From NCBI GenBank assembly GCA_964057225.1, contig OZ059894.1, positions 22,940,001 to 23,004,000 of the forward strand: a DNA stretch of 64,000 bases, read 5' to 3'. The translations under genes were made by a program, and so were the position numbers. Numbering within the stretch: position 1 is the first letter of the stretch; each line of letters begins with the position of its first letter. Under the pieces are notes generated by a model that was not told the origin of the DNA, ran no database searches, and was given only the letters and a program-made list of their open reading frames with translations. Shown piece after piece: positions 28,080 through 41,000 of this stretch. Origin of the DNA: Auanema rhodensis. Lineage: Eukaryota; Animalia; Nematoda.

Positions 28080-29481
28080 CATGTACACTCAACATTGCTT
28101 CCAAAAACATTTTGACAAAAATTTTTTCGAAAAATTTCAAAATAATTTAGCAAAAAGTAGATGTTTTTCGATTCCTTTTTCAAGGCAAAGACGATGGACA
28201 ATGTTATTCAACGAAAAAATTAATTCTTCAGGGTGAAAATCGAGGATATAAGTGTGAACTTATATCAGTTGATATCTCGGTGCATTTTTAAGCTAGCGCA
28301 AATCTGATAACACAGATCGACGCAGCTTAAAAATCCGCATCGAATGCACTCTACTACATTGAGAAACGCTTAATACAAAAATTAGTTTTGATCGTTTGAA
28401 AAATGATGCATTAGTGTATGTTGAGTTTCCATGTACACTCAATATTGCTTCCAAAAACATTTTGACAAAAATTTTTTCGAGAAATTTCAAAATAATTTAG
28501 CAAAAAGTAGATGTTTTTAGATTCCTTTTTTCAAGGCAAAGACGATGGACAATGTTATTCAACGAAAAAATTAATTCTTCAGGGTGAAAATCGAGGATAT
28601 AAGTGTGAACTTATATCAGTTGATATCTCGGTGCATTTTTAAGCTGACGCAAATCTGATAACACAGATCGACGCAGCTTAAAAATCCGCATCGAATGCAC
28701 TATACTACATTGAGAAACGCTTGATACAAAAATTAGTTATGATCGTTTGAAAAATGATGCATTAGTGTATGTTGAGTTTCCATGTACACTCAACATTGCT
28801 TCCAAAAACATTTTGACAAAAATTTTTTCGAAAAATTTCAAAATAATTTAGCAAAAAGTAGATGTTTTTCGATTCCTTTTTCAAGGCAAAGACGATGGAC
28901 AATGTTATTCAACGAAAAAATTAATTCTTCAGGGTGAAAATCGAGGATATAAGTGTGAACTTATATCAGTTGATATCTCGGTGCATTTTTAAGCTAGCGC
29001 AAATCTGATAACACAGATCGACGCAGCTTAAAAATCCGCATCGAATGCACTCTACTACATTGAGAAACGCTTAATACAAAAATTAGTTTTGATCGTTTGA
29101 AAAATGATGCATTAGTGTATGTTGAGTTTCCATGTACACTCAATATTGCTTCCAAAAACATTTTGACAAAAATTTTTTCGAGAAATTTCAAAATAATTTA
29201 GCAAAAAGTAGATGTTTTTAGATTCCTTTTTTCAAGGCAAAGACGATGGACAATGTTATTCAACGAAAAAATTGTTTCTTCAGGGTGAAAATCGAGGATA
29301 TAAGTGTGAACTTATATCAGTTGATATCTCGGTGCATTTTTAAGCTGACGCAAATCTGATAACACAGATCGACGCAGCTTAAAAATCCGCATCGAATGCA
29401 CTATACTACATTGAGAAACGCTTGATACAAAAATTAGTTATGATCGTTTGAAAAATGATGCATTAGTGTATGTTGAGTTTC
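28080..29481 (+). repeat. Tandem dimer duplication (701 bp, includes a 350-bp monomer)
   Basis: Shared TTTTTCGATTCC with a 1-bp deletion, CACTCTAC, AGTTTTGATC and AAGCTGACG. Identical minus-strand ORFs at 28293 and 28994 are offset by 701. Confidence 0.9.
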
Positions 29482-32400
29482 CATGTACACTCAACATTGC
29501 TTCCAAAAACATTTTGACAAAAATTTTTTCGAAAAATTTCAAAATAATTTAGCAAAAAGTAGATGTTTTTAGATTCCATTTTTCAAGGCAAAGACGATGG
29601 ACAATGTTATTCAACGAAAAAATTAATTCTTCAGGGTGAAAATCGAGGATATAAGTGTGAACTTATATCAGTTGATATCTCGGTGCATTTTTAAGCTAGC
29701 GCAAATCTGATAACACAGATCGACGCAGCTTAAAAATCCGCATCGAATGCACTATACTACATTGAGAAACGCTTGATACAAAAATTAGTTATGATCGTTT
29801 GAAAAATGATGCATTAGTGTATGTTGAGTTTCCATGTACACTCAACATTGCTTCCAAAAACATTTTGACAAAAATTTTTTCGAAAAATTTCAAAATAATT
29901 TAGCAAAAAGTAGATGTTTTTAGATTCCTTTTTTCAAGGCAAAGACGATGGACAATGTTATTCAACGAAAAAATTATTTCTTCAGGGTGAAAATCGAGGA
30001 TATAAGTGTGAACTTATATCAGTTGATATCTCGGTGCATTTTTAAGCTAGCGCAAATCTGATAACACAGATCGACGCAGCTTAAAAATCCGCATCGAATG
30101 CACTATACTACATTGAGAAACGCTTGATACAAAAATTAGTTATGATCGTTTGAAAAATGATGCATTAGTGTATGTTGAGTTTCCATGTACACTCAACATT
30201 GCTTCCAAAAACATTTTGACAAAAATTTTTTCGAAAAATTTCAAAATAATTTAGCAAAAAGTAGATGTTTTTAGATTCCTTTTTTCAAGGCAAAGACGAT
30301 GGACAATGTTATTCAACGAAAAAATTAATTCTTCAGGGTGAAAATCGAGGATATAAGTGTGAACTTATATCAGTTGATATCTCGGTGCATTTTTAAGTTA
30401 GCGCAAATCTGATAACACAGATCGACGCAGCTTAAAAATCCGCAGCAAATGCACTATACTACATTGAGAAACGCTTAATACAAAAATTAGTTATGATCGT
30501 TTGAAAAATGATGCATTAGTGTATGTTGAGTTCCCATGTACACTCAACATTGCTTCCAAAAACATTTTGACAAAAATTTTTTCGAAAAATTTCAAAATAA
30601 TTTAGCAAAAAGTAGATGTTTTTAGATTCCATTTTTCAAGGCAAAGACGATGGACAATGTTATTCAACGAAAAAATTAATTCTTCAGGGTGAAAATCGAG
30701 GATATAAGTGTGAACTTATATCAGTTGATATCTCGGTGCATTTTTAAGCTAGCGCAAATCTGATAACACAGATCGACGCAGCTTAAAAATCCGCATCGAA
30801 TGCACTATACTACATTGAGAAACGCTTAATACAAAAATTAGTTATGATCGTTTGAAAAATGATGCATTAGTGTATGTTGAGTTTCCATGTACACTCAACA
30901 TTGCTTCCAAAAACATTTTGACAAAAATTTTTTCGAAAAATTTCAAAATAATTTAGCAAAAAGTAGATGTTTTTAGATTCCTTTTTTCAAGGCAAAGACG
31001 ATGGACAATGTTATTCAACGAAAAAATTATTTCTTCAGGGTGAAAATCGAGGATATAAGTGTGAACCTATATCAGTTGATTTCTCGGTGCATTTTTAAGC
31101 TAGCGCAAATCTGATAACACAGATCGACGCAGCTTAAAAATCCGCATCGAATGCACTATACTACATTGAGAAACGATTGATACAAAAATTAGTTATGATC
31201 GTTTGAAAAATGATGCATTAGTGTATGTTGAGTTTCCATGTACACTCAACATTGCTTCCAAAAACATTTTGACAAAAATTTTTTCGAAAAATTTCAAAAT
31301 AATTTAGCAAAAAGTAGATGTTTTTAGATTCCATTTTTCAAGGCAAAGACGATGGACAATGTTATTCAACGAAAAAATTATTTCTTCAGGGTGAAAATCG
31401 AGGATATAAGTGTGAACTTATATCAGTTGATATCTCGGTGCATTTTTAAGCTAGCGCAAATCTGATAACACAGATCGACGCAGCTTAAAAATCCGCATCG
31501 AATGCACTATACTACATTGAGAAACGCTTAATACAAAAATTAGTTATGATCGTTTGAAAAATGATGCATTAGTGTATGTTGAGTTTCCATGTACACTCAA
31601 CATTGCTTCCAAAAACATTTTGACAAAAATTTTTTCGAAAAATTTCAAAATAATTTAGCAAAAAGTAGATGTTTTTAGATTCCTTTTTTCAAGGCAAAGA
31701 CGATGGACAATGTTATTCAACGAAAAAATTATTTCTTCAGGGTGAAAATCGAGGATATAAGTGTGAACCTATATCAGTTGATTTCTCGGTGCATTTTTAA
31801 GCTAGCGCAAATCTGATAACACAGATCGACGCAGCTTAAAAATCCGCATCGAATGCACTATACTACATTGAGAAACGCTTGATACAAAAATTAGTTATGA
31901 TCGTTTGAAAAATGATGCATTAGTGTATGTTGAGTTTCCATGTACACTCAACATTGCTTCCAAAAACATTTTGACAAAAATTTTTTCGAAAATTTTCAAA
32001 AGAATTTAGCAAAAAGTAGATGTTTTTAGATTCCATTTTTCAAGGCAAAGACGATGGACAATGTTATTCAACGAAAAAATTATTTCTTCAGGGTGAAAAT
32101 CGAGGATATAAGTGTGAACTTATATCAGTTGATATCTCGGTGCATTTTTAAGTTAGCGCAAATCTGATAACACAGATCGACGCAGCTTAAAAATCCGCAG
32201 CAAATGCACTATACTACATTGAGAAACGCTTGATACAAAAATTAGTTATGATCGTTTGAAAAATGATGCATTAGTGTATGTTGAGTTTCCATGTACACTC
32301 AACATTGCTTCCAAAAACATTTTGACAAAAATTTTTTCGAAAAATTTCAAAATAATTTAGCAAAAAGTAGATGTTTTTAGATTCCATTTTTCAAGGCAAA

Positions 32401-35400
32401 GACGATGGACAATGTTATTCAACGAAAAAATTAATTCTTCAGGGTGAAAATCGAGGATATAAGTGTGAACTTATATCAGTTGATATCTCGGTGCATTTTT
32501 AAGCTAGCGCAAATCTGATAACACAGATCGACGCAGCTTAAAAATCCGCATCGAATGCACTATACTACATTGAGAAACGCTTGATACAAAAATTAGTTAT
32601 GATCGTTTGAAAAATGATGCATTAGTGTATGTTGAGTTTCCATGTACACTCAACATTGCTTCCAAAAACATTTTGACAAAAATTTTTTCGAAAAATTTCA
32701 AAATAATTTAGCAAAAAGTAGATGTTTTTAGATTCCATTTTTCAAGGCAAAGACGATGGACAATGTTATTCAACGAAAAAATTAATTCTTCAGGGTGAAA
32801 ATCGAGGATATAAGTGTGAACTTATATCAGTTGATATCTCGGTGCATTTTTAAGCTAGCGCAAATCTGATAACACAGATCGACGCAGCTTAAAAATCCGC
32901 ATCGAATGCACTATACTACATTGAGAAACGCTTGATACAAAAATTAGTTATGATCGTTTGAAAAATGATGCATTAGTGTATGTTGAGTTTCCATGTACAC
33001 TCAACATTGCTTCCAAAAACATTTTGACAAAAATTTTTTCGAAAAATTTCAAAATAATTTAGCAAAAAGTAAATGTTTTTAGATTCCATTTTTCAAGGCA
33101 AAGACGATGGACAATGTTATTCAACGAAAAAATTAATTCTTCAGGGTGAAAATCGAGGATATAAGTGTGAACTTATATCAGTTGATATCTCGGTGCATTT
33201 TTAAGCTAGCGCAAATCTGATAACACAGATCGACGCAGCTTAAAAATCCGCATCGAATGCACTATACTACATTGAGAAACGGTTAATACAAAAATTAGTT
33301 ATGATCGTTTGAAAAATGATGCATTAGTGTATGTTGAGTTTCCATGTACACTCAACATTGCTTCCAAAAACATTTTGACAAAAATTTTTTCGAAAAATTT
33401 CAAAATAATTTAGCAAAAAGTAGATGTTTTTAGATTCCTTTTTTCAAGGCAAAGACGATGGACAATGTTTTTCAACGAAAAAATTATTTCTTCAGGGTGA
33501 AAATCGAGGATATAAGTGTGAACCTATATCAGTTGATATCTCGGTGCATTTTTAAGTTAGCGCAAATCTGATAACACAGATCGACGCAGCTTAAAAATCC
33601 GCATCGAATGCACTATACTACATTGAGAAACGCTTGATACAAAAATTAGTTATGATCGTTTGAAAAATGATGCATTAGTGTATGTTGAGTTTCCATGTAC
33701 ACTCAACATTGCTTCCAAAAACATTTTGACAAAAATTTTTTCGAAAAATTTCAAAATAATTTAGCAAAAAGTAGATGTTTTTAGATTCCTTTTTTCAAGG
33801 CAAAGACGATGGACAATGTTATTCAACGAAAAAATTAATTCTTCAGGGTGAAAATCGAGGATATAAGTGTGAACTTATATCAGTTGATATCTCGGTGCAT
33901 TTTTAAGTTAGCGCAAATCTGATAACACAGATCGACGCAGCTTAAAAATCCGCATCGAATGCACTATACTACATTGAGAAACGCTTGATACAAAAATTAG
34001 TTATGATCGTTTGAAAAATGATGCATTAGTGTATGTTGAGTTTCCATGTACACTCAACATTGCTTCCAAAAACATTTTGACAAAAATTTTTTCGAAAAAT
34101 TTCAAAATAATTTAGCAAAAAGTAAATGTTTTTAGATTCCATTTTTCAAGGCAAAGACGATGGACAATGTTATTCAACGAAAAAATTAATTCTTCAGGGT
34201 GAAAATCGAGGATATAAGTGTGAACTTATATCAGTTGATATCTCGGTGCATTTTTAAGCTAGCGCAAATCTGATAACACAGATCGACGCAGCTTAAAAAT
34301 CCGCATCGAATGCACTATACTACATTGAGAAACGCTTGATACAAAAATTAGTTATGATCGTTTGAAAAATGATGCATTAGTGTATGTTGAGTTTCCATGT
34401 ACACTCAACATTGCTTCCAAAAACATTTTGACAAAAATTTTTTCGAAAAATTTCAAAATAATTTAGCAAAAAGTAGATGTTTTTAGATTCCTTTTTTCAA
34501 GGCAAAGACGATGGACAATGTTATTCAACGAAAAAATTAATTCTTCAGGGTGAAAATCGAGGATATAAGTGTGAACTTATATCAGTTGATATCTCGGTGC
34601 ATTTTTAAGTTAGCGCAAATCTGATAACACAGATCGACGCAGCTTAAAAATCCGCATCGAATGCACTATACTACATTGAGAAACGCTTGATACAAAAATT
34701 AGTTATGATCGTTTGAAAAATGATGCATTAGTGTATGTTGAGTTTCCATGTACACTCAACATTGCTTCCAAAAACATTTTGACAAAAATTTTTTCGAAAA
34801 ATTTCAAAATAATTTAGCAAAAAGTAAATGTTTTTAGATTCCATTTTTCAAGGCAAAGACGATGGACAATGTTATTCAACGAAAAAATTAATTCTTCAGG
34901 GTGAAAATCGAGGATATAAGTGTGAACTTATATCAGTTGATATCTCGGTGCATTTTTAAGCTAGCGCAAATCTGATAACACAGATCGACGCAGCTTAAAA
35001 ATCCGCATCGAATGCACTATACTACATTGAGAAACGCTTGATACAAAAATTAGTTATGATCGTTTGAAAAATGATGCATTAGTGTATGTTGAGTTTCCAT
35101 GTACACTCAACATTGCTTCCAAAAACATTTTGACAAAAATTTTTTCGAAAAATTTCAAAATAATTTAGCAAAAAGTAGATGTTTTTAGATTCCTTTTTTC
35201 AAGGCAAAGACGATGGACAATGTTATTCAACGAAAAAATTAATTCTTCAGGGTGAAAATCGAGGATATAAGTGTGAACTTATATCAGTTGATATCTCGGT
35301 GCATTTTTAAGCTAGCGCAAATCTGATAACACAGATCGACGCAGCTTAAAAATCCGCAGCGAATGCACTATACTACATTGAGAAACGCTTGATACAAAAA

Positions 35401-38099
35401 TTAGTTATGATCGTTTGAAAAATGATGCATTAGTGTATGTTGAGTTTCCATGTACACTCAACATTGCTTCCAAAAACATTTTGACAAAAATTTTTTCGAA
35501 AAATTTCAAAAGAATTTAGCAAAAAGTAGATGTTTTTAGATTCCATTTTTCAAGGCAAAGACGATGGACAATGTTATTCAACGAAAAAATTATTTCTTCA
35601 GGGTGAAAATCGAGGATATAAGTGTGAACTTATATCAGTTGATATCTCGGTGCATTTTTAAGTTAGCGCAAATCTGATAACACAGATCGACGCAGCTTAA
35701 AAATCCGCATCGAATGCACTATACTACATTGAGAAACGCTTGATACAAAAATTAGTTATGATCGTTTGAAAAATGATGCATTAGTGTATGTTGAGTTTCC
35801 ATGTACACTCAACATTGCTTCCAAAAACATTTTGACAAAAATTTTTTCGAAAAATTTCAAAATAATTTAGCAAAAAGTAGATGTTTTTAGATTCCATTTT
35901 TCAAGGCAAAGACGATGGACAATGTTATTCAACGAAAAAATTAATTCTTCAGGGTGAAAATCGAGGATATAAGTGTGAACTTATATCAGTTGATATCTCG
36001 GTGCATTTTTAAGCTAGCGCAAATCTGATAACACAGATCGACGCAGCTTAAAAATCCGCATCGAATGCACTATACTACATTGAGAAACGCTTGATACAAA
36101 AATTAGTTATGATCGTTTGAAAAATGATGCATTAGTGTATGTTGAGTTTCCATGTACACTCAACATTGCTTCCAAAAACATTTTGACAAAAATTTTTTCG
36201 AAAAATTTCAAAATAATTTAGCAAAAAGTAAATGTTTTTAGATTCCATTTTTCAAGGCAAAGACGATGGACAATGTTATTCAACGAAAAAATTAATTCTT
36301 CAGGGTGAAAATCGAGGATATAAGTGTGAACTTATATCAGTTGATATCTCGGTGCATTTTTAAGCTAGCGCAAATCTGATAACACAGATCGACGCAGCTT
36401 AAAAATCCGCATCGAATGCACTATACTACATTGAGAAACGGTTAATACAAAAATTAGTTATGATCGTTTGAAAAATGATGCATTAGTGTATGTTGAGTTT
36501 CCATGTACACTCAACATTGCTTCCAAAAACATTTTGACAAAAATTTTTTCGAAAAATTTCAAAATAATTTAGCAAAAAGTAGATGTTTTTAGATTCCTTT
36601 TTTCAAGGCAAAGACGATGGACAATGTTTTTCAACGAAAAAATTATTTCTTCAGGGTGAAAATCGAGGATATAAGTGTGAACCTATATCAGTTGATATCT
36701 CGGTGCATTTTTAAGTTAGCGCAAATCTGATAACACAGATCGACGCAGCTTAAAAATCCGCATCGAATGCACTATACTACATTGAGAAACGCTTGATACA
36801 AAAATTAGTTATGATCGTTTGAAAAATGATGCATTAGTGTATGTTGAGTTTCCATGTACACTCAACATTGCTTCCAAAAACATTTTGACAAAAATTTTTT
36901 CGAAAAATTTCAAAATAATTTAGCAAAAAGTAGATGTTTTTAGATTCTTTTTTTCGAGGCAAAGACGATGGACAATGTTATTCAACGAAAAAATCAATTC
37001 TTCAGGGTGAAAATCGAGGATATAAGTGTGAACTTATATCAGTTGATATCTCGGTGCATTTTTAAGCTAGCGCAAATCTGATAACACAGATCGACGCAGC
37101 TTAAAAATCCGCATCGAATGCACTCTACTACATTGAGAAACGCTTAATACAAAAATTAGTTATGATCGTTTGAAAAATGATGCATTAGTGTATGTTGAGT
37201 TTCCATGTACACTCAATATTGCTTCCAAAAACATTTTGACAAAAATTTTTTCGAGAAATTTCAAAATAATTTAGCAAAAAGTAGATGTTTTTAGATTCCT
37301 TTTTTCAAGGCAAAGACGATGGACAATGTTATTCAACGAAAAAATTATTTCTTCAGGGTGAAAATCGAGGATATAAGTGTGAACTTATATCAGTTGATAT
37401 CTCGGTGCATTTTTAAGCTAGCGCAAATCTGATAACACAGATCCACGCAGCTTAAAAATCCGCATCGAATGCACTATACTACATTGAGAAACGCTTGATA
37501 CAAAAATTAGTTATGATCGTTTGAAAAATGATGCATTAGTGTATGTTGAGTTTCCATGTACACTCAACATTGCTTCCAAAAACATTTTGACAAAAATTTT
37601 TTCGAGAAATTTCAAAATAATTTAGCAAAAAGTAGATGTTTTTAGATTCCTTTTTTCAAGGCAAAGACGATGGACAATGTTATTCAACAAAAAAATTATT
37701 TCTTCAGGGTGAAAATCGAGGATATAAGTGTGAACTTATTTCAGTTGATATCTCGGTGCATTTTTAAGCTAGCGCAAATCTGATAACACAGATCGACGCA
37801 GCTTAAAAATCCGCATCGAATGCACTATACTACATTGAGAAACGCTTGATACAAAAATTAGTTATGATCGTTTGAAAAATGATGCATTAGTGTATGTTGA
37901 GTTTCCATGTACACTCAACATTGCTTCCAAAAACATTTTGACAAAAATTTTTTCGAAAAATTTCAAAATAATTTAGCAAAAAGTAGATGTTTTTAGATTC
38001 CTTTTTTCAAGGCAAAGACGATGGACAATGTTATTCAACGAAAAAATTATTTCTTCAGGGTGAAAATCGAGGATATAAGTGTGAACTTATATCAGTTGA

Positions 38100-41000
38100 T
38101 ATCTCGGTGCATTTTTATGCTAGCGCAAATCTGATAACACAGATCGACGCAGCTTAAAAATCCTCATCGAATGCACTATACTACATTGAGAAACGCTTGA
38201 TACAAAAATTAGTTATGATCGTTTGAAAAATGATGCATTAGTGTATGTTGAGTTTCCATGTACACTCAACATTGCTTCCAAAAACATTTTGACAAAAATT
38301 TTTTCGAAAAATTTCAAAATAATTTAGCAAAAAGTAGATGTTTTTCGATTCCTTTTTCAAGGCAAAGACGATGGACAATGTTATTCAACGAAAAAATTAA
38401 TTCTTCAGGGTGAAAATCGAGGATATAAGTGTGAACTTATATCAGTTGATATCTCGGTGCATTTTTAAGCTAGCGCAAATCTGATAACACAGATCGACGC
38501 AGCTTAAAAATCCGCATCGAATGCACTCTACTACATTGAGAAACGCTTAATACAAAAATTAGTTATGATCGTTTGAAAAATGATGCATTAGTGTATGTTG
38601 AGTTTCCATGTACACTCAATATTGCTTCCAAAAACATTTTGACAAAAATTTTTTCGAGAAATTTCAAAATAATTTAGCAAAAAGTAGATGTTTTTAGATT
38701 CCTTTTTTCAAGGCAAAGACGATGGACAATGTTATTCAACGAAAAAATTATTTCTTCAGGGTGAAAATCGAGGATATAAGTGTGAACTTATATCAGTTGA
38801 TATCTCGGTGCATTTTTAAGCTAGCGCAAATCTGATAACACAGATCCACGCAGCTTAAAAATCCGCATCGAATGCACTATACTACATTGAGAAACGCTTG
38901 ATACAAAAATTAGTTATGATCGTTTGAAAAATGATGCATTAGTGTATGTTGAGTTTCCATGTACACTCAACATTGCTTCCAAAAACATTTTGACAAAAAT
39001 TTTTTCGAAAAATTTCAAAAGAATTTAGCAAAAAGTAGATGTTTTTAGATTCCATTTTTCAAGGCAAAGACGATAGACAATGTTATTTAACGAAAAAATT
39101 AATTCTTTAGGGTGAAAATCGAGGATATAAGTGTGAACTTATATCAGTTGATATCTCGGTGCATTTTTAAGCTAGCGCAAATCTGATCACACAAATCGAC
39201 GCAGCTTAAAAATCCGCATCGAATGCACTATACTACATTGAGAAACGTTTAATACACAAATTAGTTATGATCGTTTGAAAAATGATGCATTAGTGTATGT
39301 TGAGTTTCCATGTACACTCAATATTGCTTCCAAAAACATTTTGACAAAAATTTTTTCGAAAAATTTCAAAAGAATTTAGCAAAAAGTAGATGTTTTTAGA
39401 TTCCTTTTTTCAAGGCAAAGACGATGGACAATGTTATTCAACAAAAAAATTATTTCTTCAGGGTGAAAATCGAGGATATAAGTGTGAACTTATATCAGTT
39501 GATATCTCGGTGCATTTTTAAGCTAGCGCAAATCTGATAACACAGATCGACGCAGCTTAAAAATCCGCATCGAATGCACTATACTACATTGAGAAACGCT
39601 TGATACAAAAATTAGTTATGATCGTTTGAAAAATGATGCATTAGTGTATGTTGAGTTTCCATGTACACTCAACATTGCTTCCAAAAACATTTTGACAAAA
39701 ATTTTTTCGAAAAATTTCAAAAGAATTTAGCAAAAAGTAGATGTTTTTAGATTCCATTTTTCAAGGCAAAGACGATAGACAATGTTATTTAACGAAAAAA
39801 TTAATTCTTCAGGGTGAAAATCGAGGATATAAGTTTAAACTTATATCAGTTGATATCTCGGTGCATTTTTAAGCTAGCGCAAATCTGATAACACAGATCG
39901 ACGCAGCTTAAAAATCCGCATCGAATGCACTATACTACATTGAGAAACGCTTAATACACAAATTAGTTATGATCGTTTGAAAAATGATGCATTAGTGTAT
40001 GTTGAGTTTCCATGTACACTCAATATTGCTTCCAAAAACATTTTGACAAAAATTTTTTCGAAAAATTTCAAAAGAATTTAGCAAAAAGTAGATGTTTTTA
40101 GATTCCATTTTTCAAGGCAAAGACGATAGACAATGTTATTTAACGAAAAAATTAATTCTTTAGGGTGAAAATCGAGGATATAAGTGTGAACTTATATCAG
40201 TTGATATCTCGGTGCATTTTTAAGCTAGCGCAAATCTGATCACACAGATCGACGCAGCTTAAAAATCCGCATCGAATGCACTATACTACATTGAGAAACG
40301 CTTAATACACAAATTAGTTATGATCGTTTGAAAAATGATGCATTAGTGTATGTTGAGTTTCCATGTACACTCAATATTGCTTCCAAAAACATTTTGACAA
40401 AAATTTTTTCGAGAAATTTCAAAATAATTTAGCAAAAAGTAGATGTTTTCAGATTCCTTTTTTCAAGGCAAAGACGATGGACAATGTTATTCAACAAAAA
40501 AATTATTTCTTCAGGGTGAAAATCGAGGATATAAGTGTGAACTTATATCAGTTGATATCTCGGTGCATTTTTAAGCTAGCGCAAATCTGATAACACAGAT
40601 CGACGCAGCTTAAAAATCCGCATCGAATGCACTATACTACATTGAGAAACGCTTGATACAAAAATTAGTTATGATCGTTTGAAAAATGATGCATTAGTGT
40701 ATGTTGAGTTTCCATGTACACTCAACATTGCTTCCAAAAACATTTTGACAAAAATTTTTTCGAAAAATTTCAAAAGAATTTAGCAAAAAGTAGATGTTTT
40801 AAGATTCCATTTTTCAAGGCAAAGACGATAGACAATGTTATTTAACGAAAAAATTAATTCTTCAGGGTGAAAATCGAGGATATAAGTGTGAACTTATATC
40901 AGTTGATATCTCGGTGCATTTTTAAGCTAGCGCAAATCTGATAACACAGATCGACGCAGCTTAAAAATCCGCATCGAATGCACTATACTACATTGAGAAA

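Noticed and set aside
28293-29191. Two identical 65-aa minus-strand ORFs
   Set aside because: They are products of the 701-bp dimer duplication and chance stop-removing variants. Nearly all other monomers are closed in this frame.
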